Source: Lama glama (lineage: Eukaryota). From it: 64,000 nt of DNA. The position numbers and the translations under genes are program-made. The stretch is from positions 21,020,001 to 21,084,000 of the forward strand of contig CM052817.1 of NCBI GenBank assembly GCA_028534125.1, given 5' to 3'. Of the stretch, positions 1 to 13,994 are shown in pieces (the stretch's first letter is position 1; each line of letters starts with the position of its first letter). Below the pieces are notes generated by a model that saw only the letters and a list, made by a program, of their open reading frames with translations, was not told the origin of the DNA and ran no database searches.

Positions 1-690
1 ATTCTTGTGTTGTCTGATCTATTTGGTCAAATCCTAACACTTCTTCCTCAGAAGGAAGGTGTGATTTGTCCATTTCCCTAGGCACAATTGGACACTTGGG
101 TGCATTTCAGTATCATTCTCGTATTAATGCTCATCTCACTCAAACTCAGTTATTTACTTACAGCTGCCACTTCCTCAGTGGAGAAATGATCAAGTCTGAT
201 GCCTTAGTAGATCGAGATCTCTCTTACTTCCAGCGCCTCTCTGAGGTAGTCATGACGATATGTAGCTCCACCCCTTACAAGAACTTTTCAACCAGCTGAA
301 GGAGTTCAGTAGGCTGACACTATACAGCTTCTGACTTTCAAGACCTACCAAAGTACTTGAGCTGAAGCCTTCTATACTTTGTCTGGCCGCCTCCAGGCAA
401 TGACTGAGCACAAAGTAGACACTAGGATCTGCTCATTTCCGCCCTACATGACATTGCAGGAAATCTTTTTGCAGAAGCTCCCCTTGGAATTGCTGAGAAT
501 CTCTTCAAGTAGCGTCACAGAATGAGTCTCTTCTTATCGTCTTCCTCTTTGCACAGGTGTCATACTGCACCAAGCTACAGGCTTTTCCTGCCTGCTTGTG
601 CTCCTCTTCTGTTTTTCATAGACATTTTCCCACAATACATTTCTTGAAATTCTAGTTACATCTTGGCATCTGAAGACCCAACATACACAC
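1..690 (+). mobile_element. ERVL LTR16-family solo LTR (degraded; 5' end may lie outside the window)
   Basis: 3' end 'aatacatttcttgaaattctagttacatcttggcatctgaagacccaacatacaca' resembles the LTR16 U5 terminus (recalled consensus). Confidence 0.6.
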
Positions 691-733
691 TCTCAGAATA
701 TCATGAAGTTACTTAAAATTATTTGTGAAATGA

Positions 734-761
734 ATGGATGGATGGATGGATGGATGGATGA
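734..761 (+). repeat. (GGAT)n microsatellite grown from an L2-type tail
   Basis: atggatggatggatgg... run preceded by 'tttgtgaaatgaatg'. Confidence 0.85.
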
Positions 762-834
762 CTAGATCAGAACTAGCTAGAGGTAAATGTATAGTTTTGT
801 TACTGTTGTGGATTTTTATGGAGATCTTTCCCTG

Positions 835-1230
835 AGACATATTATATTAGTTTCAGGTACACAACATAACAAATCGATGTATGTATACATTGTGAAATGA
901 TCACCACAATAAACCTAGTTGACATCCATCATCACACACAGTTACAAGCTTTTTTTCTTATGATGAGAACTTTTAAGACTTGTTCCCTTAGTAACTTTCA
1001 AATATACAATATGTTATTATTAACTCCACTCACCATGCTGTATGTTACATCCCCAGGACTTATTTATTTCATAACTGGAAGTTTGGACCTTTTGACCACC
1101 TTCACTTATTTCACCCACCCATCCAACCCCCACCTCTGGCAACCACCCATCTGTTGTCTCTGAGTTATTTTTTAAACATCCCACGTACAAGTGAGATCAC
1201 ATGGTATTTGTCTTTCTATGTCTGATTTAT
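835..1230 (-). mobile_element. L1 3' UTR fragment (L1MA-like)
   Basis: 'gtttcaggtacacaacata...atacattgtgaaatgatcaccacaataaacctagtt...gtgagatcacatggtatttgtctttct' is the typical antisense L1MA 3' end. Confidence 0.85.
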
Positions 1231-4010
1231 TAAAATTGTATACATGAAGGAAGAAGTAAAAGATCAATTTGATTTACTTTCCAAACTGGGTAATAATCAC
1301 TCTATCCACTAAAAATACTCAGTTTCTGCCACTAAGATACTATCACCTATTCCTGACAGAGAGGTGGGGAAATAATTCATAACATAAAATACCACAAAGA
1401 AAAAAATATATATATTATAGTTTCCCCATACCTTTTACAATTGATGGAATGTATGCATATATGCCTTAGAGCCTGTGATATACTCTGATCTACACAATAA
1501 ATATGGAAAAAATTAAAATTCAGAATGTTGAAATAAGCCAAAAGTAACACAGCTAGCAAGCGGTAAATAATTCAATTTTTCTTTTCTGTTGATCCCAAAG
1601 ATTCAAGGGCAAATCTCTCAATAAGGCACATTTTGTTGCTTTATGATTTAAGTCAGGAAGGAACCACAGTAGAGAAGATACGGGTGTAATTATAACTACA
1701 CGTGTTGACTTCACTCACTGGACTACAGGGGCTCTCACCTGTTAAACCGAGTTGTAGGAGGAAGGGATCTTATTTTCTTGTTTTGCCGCTAGTAATGCTC
1801 CGGGGTCATTTTCCTTAGTGCTAGGATATTTTTTAAAATGTCCCTTACTTGTATTTTTTCTATAATTTGACAAAGATCAATGATCACATTTCCACTTCAA
1901 ATACCCCAAGATATAATTTTTTTAAGAAATACCTTCACCTTGTTCTGGAATGCTGCATCACCCAAACAAACACAGGAATTAAAGGACAATGTGATGGATG
2001 GCAGTTGTCTCCAAGTAAAAGAGTCTTAGAGCTAATGTAATTACACAAATGCTCATTTTATTACACCTTGTACCCTGAATTTTTGAACAGATGCAATAAA
2101 CGGTCAATTACTTCAGTGACTGGTTACACCAAGTAGCAGCTAGTACTGAATATGGGCTGTGTTTCCCTAAACAGACCTCTGCCTCCAAGCTGAAAGTAAA
2201 GGCAGCAGCCTTGCCCTTTCTGCCGGTCTTCAATTAATCATATGCTAATTGATTTAGTAAGGAATGTGTTGGCTGTCTAACTCATTTTGAATTATCTTGC
2301 CAGAGCTGCCTGTGAGGCCAGAGAGCTCTTACCACCACACACGTGCCCGACAAATCAATAAGTCAGTAAACGTAGCTTTGCTGATGACATAAATGTGTCA
2401 ATTTTTTTCCATGTTGTTTTAGATAGACACTTAAAATCTGAGGAGGTAAATTGGTTTAAAAACACAGGAGATGGGTCTGTTTATTTTCAGGAGCCATTCC
2501 TTTTTCTGCCTCTGATTGTATTTGACTTTAAAACTAGCAAAATCTATTGAATGCCTGATAATGAAGGGATGTTTGCTGATTATAAACAAGAGATACCGGT
2601 TTTGTCTCTGTTTGGTGAGCAGTACAGTACTATTTATCTCCACAGGCCCTGCTTCAATTTGAGAATTTTCTATTTCTCCAAAATAGTCCCAGATGGTGGC
2701 AGGCAATTACATGATACTAGATTTTCTTGAGCAAAGTCTTGGAAAGCCAAGCCTTTCCCACTGACTTGCTGAGTGATTCACCTTGAAGGATCATTTTATT
2801 TGATGTTCTGCAACCCAGAGCCTTGACATGGTTATAATTCCCGGAGAGTCTCAGGGCACCTGGAATCTGTCATTCACAGTAGCAGTGGGCTATCTCGTGC
2901 TCTATTAAGTCTTTCTCTCTTCTTTCTCTTGTGTTATTTTATGTGGGAAAAAAAGATATAATTGAGCTCAGAAGAAAGGTAATTTCAAATCTAAGTCTTA
3001 TCTAGTTATGACATCTATATATTTTTGAGAAAGTTAAGTAAGAGAACACGATTAAAACCAATGTTAAAATCACTTATTGTAAGCAGGCTAATTTGGATAT
3101 GGGATGAGTGATATCAAAGTTGATGATATAAATGTGTCCTGCTGTGAAGTTTCTTTCTGGCGTGTGCATGCAAAACCATGCTCACTAGGGGTGACTTTGC
3201 TTATAACAACAGATTGATTTTCATGTATAATTACAAGGAGAGACTCAGGGTTTTAAAGTAGTGGAATGAATTGATTAACCAAAAGAAAAACGAGAGTTTT
3301 TTTTTTTTTTCGATATAGTTAAGCATTTCCCAAAGTAGTTTATGATAGATGTATTTTAGAGGAGTAAAATCATTTACTTAATTAACTTAATTGAGCACAT
3401 TATGCTTGCCACTAAGGGTATAACTGGCAAGAGGGGGAGTAATGCTTTTTGCCTTTCTTTACCATAAAACCTGATGCAGAAAGAAGTATATACATGACAT
3501 TGCCAAAAACAAACATAACACTAATTCAGTTAAACTGATAGAGTTCATACTATTTTGAGTTGGTCAAGGAAGGCTTTGAAGAGAGGGTAGATGACTGACA
3601 AAAAAGATAAAATAGAGACATTTCACTAGTGACCCACAGGCAAAATCTGGCATGAAAACAATAAGATACATACATTTCCTGATTTGTACGCTTTTACTGA
3701 ACATTTTAAAACATTGCATACTATGTGTGTGTTTGTATGTGTGTGCATACAGATATACCTACACATATGTGCATTAAAGTGGGTGTGGCAGACCAGATAA
3801 AAGATATGAAGATACTATGGAAAAAAAAATTCCAAACTTGCATTCTCTTTCTGGGTGTTGGTTGCCCTATAATAGCTAGCAGGACTAATGCTACCAAACA
3901 CTGATTTTTAAAAATCCTGCAGGACCCATCAGGCAAAAATCTCTTCGATAAGCCACTATTGTAATCATCTCTGTTTTTTTTTTTTGCACTTTATAGTTAA
4001 GAAGTGATTT

Positions 4011-4322
4011 AAAAGACACAAATGAACTTATTTACAAAACAGAAACAGACTCCCAGACATACCAAGCAAACTTACGCTTACAGGGAGGCAGGAAGGGGGT
4101 GGGAAGGGATAAATTGGGAGTTCGAGACTTGCAGATGTTAACTACTACATATAGGATAGATAAACAAGTTTCTACTGTATAGCACAGGGACCTATACTCA
4201 ATATCTTGTAGCAACCTATAGTGAAAAAGAGTATGTACGTGTATGACTGAAGCATTGTGCTGTACACCAGAGATTGACACAACATTGTAAACTGACTATA
4301 CATCAATCAAAAAAGGAAAATA
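4011..4322 (+). mobile_element. 5'-truncated young artiodactyl/camelid-type L1 3' end with A-tail
   Basis: 'acaaatgaacttatttacaaaacagaaacagactc...gtatagcacaggg...aacattgtaaactgactata' plus A-rich tail; probable TSD aagaagtgatttaa (3999-4012) vs aagaggtaatttaa (4323-4336). Confidence 0.9.
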
Positions 4323-4479
4323 AAGAGGTAATTTAATAAGAATTATTGTTATAAAAAACCTAACTTGCAGAAAAAAATTAGTTTCCAATATTGGAAAGGC
4401 TGATTTACAGAAGATACTGACCATTCGGCTGTGAAGTCTGTGGAAAGAGTAAACATTAAACTGCAGTTTGGTTTAGGGG

Positions 4480-4700
4480 AGAGACAGCAAGCTCAGTGAG
4501 CTAGGGAATGGGCCCAGGAACCAGAGCCTGGGCGCAAACCCCAGTTCTGCCTCATCCTAGATTTGTGATCGTGAAAAAGTGACTTAATCTCTCATTCCCT
4601 CTTATACACAATGGGATAGTAATAGTAGCTCTCATGGGTTGTTTTAAGTTTGAATGGGTTAATACTGTCAAAGGGGTGGAAGAATATTTAGATCAAACAT
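4480..4700 (+). mobile_element. MIR SINE
   Basis: 'cctgggcgcaaaccccagttctgcc...gtgacttaatctctc...aatgggatagtaatagta...atgggttgtt' MIR core. Confidence 0.75.
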
Positions 4701-7700
4701 ACATCGGGCTCTATATGTCTTGGAAAAAATGAAAATACATCTCAGAACCTTTGATGTCACCATTGATGTCATGAATCTCCAACAGGGAGATGGGGTGTGC
4801 ACTAGCTCTTAAACTTAGCTGTCCGTAGAGTGTACTTTTGGATTCCTAGACCATGAATCCCAGGTGTTCTACTGAACAAGTTGGAAACACTGGGAAAGGG
4901 GATAAACCAAGATAGCTTCTCACTTTTCTTCCAAAATATCTTCTAGAAATCTGTGAGAAGACAGCAATAGTAGCACAGGAGATGTCACTAGGGAACGTGA
5001 TCAAATATCAAAGAAATTGCAACAGAGGATGCCAGACGCTTGTAACTTTAAGCACCAAAACTGAGTTTCTCTTTCTAATTTGTATTGTTTTTTAATTAAA
5101 TTGAGAACTCCTGGTACCAAGGTTCTTATAGCAGAACTGCTTATCGAGGTCTAATGCTCAGAATATGGAAAAGGATATTATCTCAGACTGGTAAAATTTC
5201 TATTTGGTAGGCCATCACAGGCAGACTCTGCAATGGTCCTGTCTTTCCTTTACATGTTCACCTGGTACAAAATATCCCAAAGCACGAGTGTCTAGTGAAT
5301 GGTTGGTATTTATTAATAAAACTCACTGTGTGCTTGCCATGTATCTTGTCATATCAATAAAAAAAGAAATCATTAGAGGACACAAATAATGTAAGCTGAG
5401 AGACGCATTTCAACGACAAGCATTTCATAAAATGAGTTTACTCCATGACAACTTGATTGAGAAGCATTATTCCGGAATCTCAGTTTTAAGCAGGGAAAAT
5501 TTAATGGATGACTTTGATGAGCTGAATTCTGAAAAAAACAAAGAAAAAACAAAAACAAAAAACAGTATAATTGAAGTAGGCAGAAGAGAATTGGGTTCTC
5601 TGAAGAAAACTGAATTACAAAGATAAGAAAATAAAAGGTTTGGGAAAGCATCAATAGACACTTTCCGGAAGTGGAGCATTAATATAGAATTGAAGATATT
5701 GTAAGTAGGGTCAGAGCACAGGTGCAACACCAGTACTTATTTCTTTACTACATTTTTTATAGTTTTGAGTGCCTGTTGTGAACAAGACACTGCACTGGAA
5801 ATTTTATAAAACATAACATCAGGTGTTGTGAATGAAAAAAATGTATTTTTATCCACAGCCACTAAAATCATACAGCAATTCACAGCAAATTTACCTTGAT
5901 TTGGAAAAATCAGATTAATCATTGTTACTGTATTTTAGATCATTACTCATTTATGTTCTGATTAGGTTTGATTTATGAATGTGGGTGAGAAACACTACAA
6001 TAGAAAAAAATTAAAAAGTAGCTCAAGTTGGTCATGTATTTGAGTTAGACAATCTTTGGTCAAGGTTTCCGTGACACATAACATTTACTCTTCATCAATG
6101 TCAGCTGCGTTGTCTTCACGCTCTCTGGTGACAACAGTCATATTTCATGGTTACACTAACCTTTGGAACATTGTTTTTCACCAGGCATTGCTCTGAAAGT
6201 GAGACTGTCTCCTCTCTTGGGATTGGTACAGTATCTCAATTTGGTGACTACTTTTTCAAGGGGGTGTCAAAAGCTTAAATGGTGAGAAAGGGCAAAAGAG
6301 GTCTTTCATGCGTTAGCCTTGGTTTACTCTGCTTTCTTCTCTGTTGCTAGTAGTTTCAATCTTACTGGTAACATTGGCATTATTCTGCTTTGGTTAAAGG
6401 GATTCAATGGTAGCCCAAATTATTTATTTTTAAAATTTGAGTTTGTTAGCAGATAAACTTTATTTCTACGTTGCATATTTCTGCTAGCCTTGCTCAGTAG
6501 CCATATTATCATTGAAAATATCCAGTTGTTTTCTCATGGGCCACATATACGGGCAGAGTGAGTTAGAAGGCATAGCTTTCCCTCCCCTGATGATCTGAAA
6601 GGCACATTTGTTCTACCCAATGGAAAACAAAGCCTCAGCAATATTAGGACAAGGAGATTTTGTATTGTTGAAAGATAATAATGTGCTTATCTTTGAGAGT
6701 GGTGTGCAGTGAAAAAAAAGAAGAAAATGAAAGCCCTTATTTATATTGGTAAGGGATACACCTCGGTTTCTATGAATGCATTGCCCTATGCCGGTTTCTC
6801 CTAAACATCATTTCATAGCTTATAACTGCCATTCCAACTGGCAAAGAAGTGGTTACTTTTTGACAGTTCATGGATCTGCCTAGCCTTCCTGGCTATCCGT
6901 GGTGGGTGAGCAGTCACTCAAAGACCCTGTCCCTTGGGTGATTAAAATGTATGCTTCTCCAGGAAAGAGAATATTTGCAGTGTAAAGTCAAGAGCTACTG
7001 GCTTACATGGACCATTCTTCATTTCTACATTTAATCTAAAGACTGGAAAAGAATTTAAGGATAAAGATAAGAAAATGCACTGGATTAGGAGTCAGGAGAT
7101 TTTATATTAACCTAAACTAACCAGATTTCTGAACATGAATGCATCTTTTAACCACACTGGAGTTCATTGTCCTTAGTTATTAACTAACTAAATTATTTTA
7201 AAATATAATTTTAAAATCTAAAAGTACATGGCATGTCTGTTATCGGCTGAACTGGAATTGACAAGCCAACCAATGTAGTGTAATTGGGAGTATAGGTAAA
7301 CATAGGAGTCCTGCAGCCCCATTGGTTATTTGAAAATGAATGTTGTGCACCATTTGGCATATAATTAAAGGCAACTGTTCTAAGGTTGTATTCTTTTATC
7401 CAGGAATCTCCAGATTCCCAAAGATGGCTCCAAACCAGCTGTCGTCTGGTGTGCCCTTTAGAGGATGCATTAATCTCAGAGTGGAGCAAAAACCAGGTTC
7501 TGAAATGAACTATGGAAGAGCTGAGAAGAGAATTTATTTCCTCTCAAAATTTTCATTTTCCAAGGCACACAGAACAAATAGAAAATTAAAATACACTTTC
7601 AAAAACTATAAACAAGAGTTAAGTACAAATTAAAAAGTTCTATCTTCTCTTTTTTAAAAAATCTGTGTCCAATAAACTTTTCTCTTATTTAGCATGTTTC

Positions 7701-7764
7701 TGTTGAATTAAGTGTCTGAGCCTCTGTTTATAATAATCGAACATGAAAACAAAACAGAGTGGAA

Positions 7765-7911
7765 GAAAAAGGAAGGAAGAATAAGGGAAGGAAGGAAGGA
7801 AGGAAGGAAGGAAACAGCAAAGGGAGGGCTGGAAAGGATTGAATAAGAGAAGGAGGAAGGGAAGGAAGGATGGGAAGGAAGGTGAGAGAGAGACCGAGAG
7901 GGAGAGAGAGA
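7765..7911 (+). repeat. (GGAA)n/GA-rich low-complexity tract
   Basis: ggaaggaagg... and gagagag runs; explains the S/F/L/P-rich minus-strand ORFs. Confidence 0.95.
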
Positions 7912-8664
7912 ACGTGCTTGCAATCTGCTTGAAATGCACCTTGAAATTCCTTACCCTGCTGGTCAACGTGAAGGGAGTGGGTCCCTCCTTTCACCCATAA
8001 TAAAATCATATTTCATCTTCTAGATATAAATAATTAAGGAAGAAATAAAATCATGTTTTACCTTCTGGTAAATATTTGCTTAAGTAAAATAGATCCATTA
8101 AGCTGTATTTACTGAGTCTGCTGTATTCAGAGCGCTTTAAAAGGCAGAGTGCTGTAATGTTCAAAGATTATTGTAGTGTGTTGCATTTTGCATTCCCAAG
8201 ATAGTATTTTTTTTCCCACAAATGCCCTTTTTAAGCACAGCATATACTCTGAGGGCCCTTGTAAGAATTTTAATGAGAATTCTTCAGAAGAAGTAGTGTT
8301 GCAGAGTATTAACATTTAAACCTCTACTAATCCCTGAATAGCACCAAATATCTATTCTTTTGAATCAGGATACTGTATTATGCTCAAAGAAAGCAAAAAT
8401 GAGCAAGTAGCTTAGAAGGCATAAATATAAAGCATTTGGGTAATTATAGATTTCTAGTCATGTCACCACAACTGAAGTTAGTCCAGATGTAGGATTTTTG
8501 TTATAAACTCTGATTTTTCTGTGGCTTCTAACCTGAAAACTTCTTTTATTTTCAACTAGGATGAAAATTTTCATAAAGGAGTGTAACTAATAAGAAATGG
8601 CTGATTAATTTCTACTCTGTTTCTTTTTGGTGGGTGTGGAGATTGATTCCTAAAATTAAGTTTT

Positions 8665-8785
8665 CAATACCTTGTAATGACCTATAATGAAAAAGAATAT
8701 GAAACAGAATATATATATATATATATATCTCACCATGCTGTACACAAGAAATTAACACATTGTAAATAGACTATATTCCAATCAG
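8665..8785 (+). mobile_element. Short L1 3' terminal fragment with internal (TA)n
   Basis: 'caataccttgtaatgacctataatgaaaaagaatat...tgctgtacac...aacacattgtaaatagactata' matches the L1 ends at ~4200-4300 and ~63420-63540. Confidence 0.85.
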
Positions 8786-8921
8786 AAATGAATTATTAAA
8801 GATTTAATACTTTGCAGTGTTTGCCTTTTCTTATAACTCAAAAATAGATTTTTTCATGAAAATTAATGCAAAAAAATAAAATTTTCATGGTCTTATTTTA
8901 TAAAGTTCACTAGGAAAGTCT

Positions 8922-9021
8922 NNNNNNNNNNNNNNNNNNNNNNNNNNNNNNNNNNNNNNNNNNNNNNNNNNNNNNNNNNNNNNNNNNNNNNNNNNNNNNN
9001 NNNNNNNNNNNNNNNNNNNNN
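8922..9021. other. Assembly gap (100 N)
   Basis: Run of N. Confidence 1.
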
Positions 9022-10289
9022 TTTGGTATATGCAACACATACTATCACATGTAAATTAGCATATGGGGAGGGTATGTAAATCACTGTTTTTGACATTTAT
9101 TTCATGATGCTCAATAAAATCTTTCAACTCTGCTTATTGTTCTTTTTTATTTTCTTCAAAAGAACAAATCTTTCTTAATTATAGGGAAAAGTTCACATTA
9201 AAAATACTGACACACTGGGGATTTATTTGAAGTGGTTTTAAAATAGTATCCTAGCTTTCATTGGAATAATTTACGTCTCTATTTAAATAGTTTTAACTTT
9301 TTACTAATTATCACTTTTAATGCTCTTTGTTGTTTCAACATATAACACTGTATCATTTTAACTTTACTTCTATTACCCTCCATTCTAGACAAAATTCCAT
9401 TTTAAGAAGAAATTCTTCTATGTTTTGTCCTTACAAAATTAATTATCTCACCATTTCTTAAACATTCATTGCTTGTATTTTATTTAATTTGTTAGTTATA
9501 TTCCAAGAAGTTTTGTGGCTCACTTCCTCACGGAAGTGTGATATGAGACAGAGAAGCTTAAATAGAAAGGCAAGACATCCTGTTTCCTCAAGGATCTTGA
9601 GATCCTTCTTAGGAAATTAGACAAATATTTAAACACTAGAAAACAAGATATAGTATCATTTATTTCCTAAGATGATTATTATAGTTAATTGAGAGGTCTG
9701 AAAGTTAGAACTTGAAAAAAAATAGCATTTTGATTATAACTATTTTCCCCTAAAATACAAGAAACATATTATCATGGTAGTCAAATTCTAGTTAAATAAG
9801 AGAATAAAATAATGCATAATAGTTTATACTATACATATATGAAGCAAATTTTAAAATAAATCTTGGGTGATACATAATATACTATTTTCCATCTCCCATA
9901 ATTTTTAGTTATGACCATTTCTAATGAATGAGAAACAATGAAGACAGGTGTTCTAAGTGAAAAAAATTTTAAGCAATGCTCACAATGCAGGAAATATGTT
10001 TAGAAAAGAACAGTTTGGTCAATTTGTGCAATTTGAAGTGTAGTTAGGTAGAACTGAGCGGAAGTTAGAGCCATATTTTGGATGCTCTTAAGTATGGTGC
10101 AGATAAAATTATATCTAATACAGGTAGAGATGGAAAGTCAATGAAGGATTTTGAGTAGGATATAATATTTGGGGAAGAAAAAGTATAATTTTGGAGATTT
10201 AATACAGCATGACTTTTAGAATTCATTTGTTTGTCTGAGAAGTATGAAAGCTGTTAGCTCCTCTTTTTATAGTATAATTTGCTTTGGGT

Positions 10290-11230
10290 GTACTTCTAAT
10301 ATTCAGATGTTGGAACTCTAGAGCCAATATTCTCAATTTTGTTTTAAATAATACTGTATTTTATATTGCGCACTTGCTTTCCTGTTTATGTTCTATATTC
10401 AATTAGTCTTCCCTGAATTATACCTTCCAACCTTTTTGCTGAATTATTTTTCAGTTGTGCTATAATTTTAATTCTACAAGATCTTTTTTTGTTAAATTCC
10501 CTGAAATATGTATATATTGATCTTCTTTCTTGGATGTAATGTATTTATTTTAATGACAACTTTTGTGAAATCTTCTCTGTTCTGAGGCTTGCGCGTGGGA
10601 AGAAGGTTGGTTTGGAGTCTGAATACATTCTACAGAGCTACGTCTTTTGGCCATTAGTCCAAGTACCCAATATTTGAGTAAGTTTCAGTTATCTCCTGGA
10701 ATGTGGGTCAAACAATTTTCCAACCGTGATAAAGTGGTGAAGAGAGCTGGGTATTCTTAAGCCCTAAAATATTTATTTAAATTTAAGAGACAGTCTTCCC
10801 TGACATTTCAGGGTATCCTGACTCTTCTACTTCCTGAAGTTTCCATGGATAAATTCGTTTACTTTTTGGCTTTCTTCATTGGTGGCTCAGATTCTACATC
10901 TTTGGTTTTACTGAATAATTTGCTATTGTCCACCTGCTTTCCAGACCCCAATAATTTGTTGTAAAATTCTTTCACATTTATTTTTGCCTTTAGGGCTTAT
11001 TGAAGAACAAATTATCACTCTTTTTTTAATTATTATCTTTTTTTTTTTTTTTGGCAGTTGCACTGGGGATAGGTAATTAGGTTTATTTATTTTTTAGTGG
11101 AAGTACTGGAGATTGAACCCAGGACCTTTTGCATACTAAGCATATGCTCTACCACTTGAGCTATACCCTTCCCCCCAAATTATCTATCTTTACCACATTT
11201 TTTTTTTGGTGGAATTTCAAGAAGCTATAG
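10290..11230 (-). mobile_element. HAL1 (half-L1) relic, interrupted by a SINE
   Basis: 'tataattttaattctacaagatc...cttggatgtaatgtatt' and 'ttggctttcttcattgg...ccacctgctttccag...tttgttg' resemble antisense HAL1; homologous to 49130-49900. Confidence 0.65.
11024..11175 (-). mobile_element. tRNA-Ala-derived camelid SINE (Vic-1 type)
   Basis: Reverse complement has A-box 'tagctcaagtgg', B-box 'ggttcaatctcc', 'aaataaacctaattacc' body and A tail; TSD caaattatcactcttt (11008-11023) vs caaattatctatcttt (11176-11191). Confidence 0.92.
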
Positions 11231-11274
11231 TCTAGAAGTTTCCTTTTTTTCTTTTTTTTTTTTTTAAAGAAAAA

Positions 11275-11401
11275 AGAACAACTTTACTGAGCTGTAACTC
11301 ACATATTATACAATTCATGAATTTATCAAACCGAATTATTGCTTTTTAGTGCATAGAGTTGTGCAACCACCACCACAATCTCATTTTAAACATTTTTATC
11401 A
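11275..11401 (-). mobile_element. L1MB-like 3' end fragment
   Basis: 'aactttactgag...catagagttgtgcaaccaccaccacaatc...aacatttttatca'. Confidence 0.7.
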
Positions 11402-11439
11402 GCTGTTTTCTTTTTATGAAATATTTGTGTCTGAGTATA

Positions 11440-11602
11440 AACACACACACAAACATAGCCTCATATTTATACATTCATACATATACATGAGTAAATCCTG
11501 GTATATGTACACATATGTATATCTATGCATAGAGACACCATATGTGTGTATATGTATATGTGAATATGCATATATAGAGATATTTACATGTGTACATACA
11601 CG
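11440..11602. repeat. Degenerate (CA)/(TA)/(TG) simple repeat
   Basis: acacacac, tatatg and tgtgta mosaics. Confidence 0.8.
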
Positions 11603-13994
11603 CTTATTAATTCCAATGTCAGTAAATCATTTTAATCTCAATAGATTTTATTAACCAGTCATTTCTCTCAGCAAACAATTTATCCCATATTTCGCTTGTA
11701 CTTGTTGATTTTCAGGAGTGCAACTTAAGTATAAATTTGCCTGATAAAATCATTTTCACATCCTGCCTTGCATAACCTTGTCTGTGTGAATATATATATT
11801 TAATTTTACTTTTTGTCTAAGAAGTTTATGTTGATTTATTTGCCATTTATACTAGAAAAGTTTTTCCTTTAAACGATTATATTCGTTTCATTTTCAGGAT
11901 GGTCTTTTGGAAATAGATTAGTTTACAAGGTATGCATTCAATCCTAAGACTCTATCCTCTTCATCAGTTCTTAGAAAGGCCTTCACAAGATTGATATTAG
12001 TATTTTATGCCATCAACTTTGCACATTATTCTTGATTTTACAGCTTGTTTAGGTTTATGACATTAAAAAGTTAGCACTGAATTATAAACTATTTAGCAAA
12101 ATTTATTTTTTTGAATTTTTCCACAAATCACAAATTAGGTTAGACTATAAAGTCCAATCTTCTTTTATTTAAATAACCTAGATGTGAATCAATCATTAGA
12201 ATTTCCTGTGTTCAAATAAAGATACATACCTGTACATATAAAATGACTCATGCTAACAGGTTCAATTACTCTTCATACCTCTTTGTATTCTATGAACCAT
12301 GCCTTTTTTGCACACATGGCATCCCATAATTTTGGTGTCACTGGCTGACTTTCAGATGGGTAACTTAGGTTTAAATCTAACTGATAATGTTATTTGTTTA
12401 ATATAGTGAGTCATACGTCTGAATGCAGCCTCACCTCCCCGCTATTGTATACGCAATAACATACTAAATGGGAACCCTAATGTGCAAAATAAACTGTGGC
12501 CAAATCTCTTTATCTTCTTTATACTAAGAAAAGTCACATGTATTGTGTAAACAATGAAATAATGAACTTGTGCTTTAGATCTTTTTACCTTAATGTAATT
12601 TTAGTGAATAGAAAAAAAATCACAAAGAGCTGATTTGTCCACCCCGTGTGCCCAGGATCTTGTGGGCAATCATAAATGCCACAGTCAGGAGAATGCTTGA
12701 GCATAAGGTTTTCTCTGCTCCTTCGGAGAAAAGAATCTTGAGGTCAGAAAAAAATAAAAGTAATTTACTTGGAAAAGTTATTTGTTTAGAGAGGACATAG
12801 GGTTTCACATGGATAAGAACAGACTATTCGCTGTCCTATAGTGGTTTATATCTTTTTTATTACCAAAAACTTAACTTAAAACGGAGGGATAAAACATGTT
12901 TTACTGAAAAAAAAATGGTTCTAGAATAAATTAAGAAAATGTAGTGTACCACACCATTTAATAGGTAAGTATATACTAACGTCTTATGTGAAGGCTTTTC
13001 TAGGAACAGCTTTTTTTTTCCCCAAGTATCCCTAATCCCTAATCTAAACTTGATGATATTGTTAATTTTAAACTGAAGGGGAAAATATATCTCTTGCAGA
13101 ATCTGCCTGATTTGTGACTTAAATTTTAATTTAAATCAAAAGAAAACAATACCTATAATCACCTACTAATTGTAGGGTGCACTGTGGGTACTACATTAAT
13201 TCTATTTAATGAAAATGTGTGTCCAAATGTAAGATAGTCATGAAGAAGCTCTGGGCATGTATCAGTTATAGTCAAGATGCAGACTCATTTTAGTTTAAGA
13301 GATATTTGTCCTAGTTTCAAAGGGATGATGGAGCATGGTCTGAGTACATTAGAGAGAATAAATAGCCTGCAAAATTCATTATTCCTCAGCATCATTCCAC
13401 ATTTTATGTGCTTTTTGTTTGAGTACTAGCTGTATTTCTGAAGTGCAGCTTATGGAAATTCCATCAAGAGTCACATCTGTGTAGTCATAATATATGTTCA
13501 TTGAAGGAAGAGACTTTTAGGAGATTCATGAAGCTTTAGGAATTTAGCACAAAAGGGTCCCTGATAGTAGAAATGCCCTCTTCATAAATGAGCACTGTGA
13601 GTGGGTGCAGAAGTACATCACAGCAGATCGATAACCTGCATGATGTACAGTTTCACTGCAAACTTTCTCTTCTGAGTGTACCATACAATAGATCAATAGA
13701 AAAACAATTCCAAGCAGAGTCACTGGCAAATAATTATATTTGAGCTATTTCCATTGATATTTTCCCTCTGGTATTTTAGTTCAGCTTAAACACTCAGAGA
13801 AAGACAGAGTAATACAATTTAATCAGACAATGGAGAATTTGGAATATACTTGATCCACTTCTCATGAAAATACTAACTTGTCAATTACTTTGTTTAGGAG
13901 ATTCCTCTCTCACTCTTGGTAGCTGTGTTTTCTTAGTCTGGACTAAATATACCAAGAAAAACAACTCAATGGAATATGATACCCTTTCAAGTTC

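Noticed and set aside
7685..8009. Three overlapping minus-strand ORFs
   Set aside because: Stop-free frames arising from the (GGAA)n low-complexity tract.
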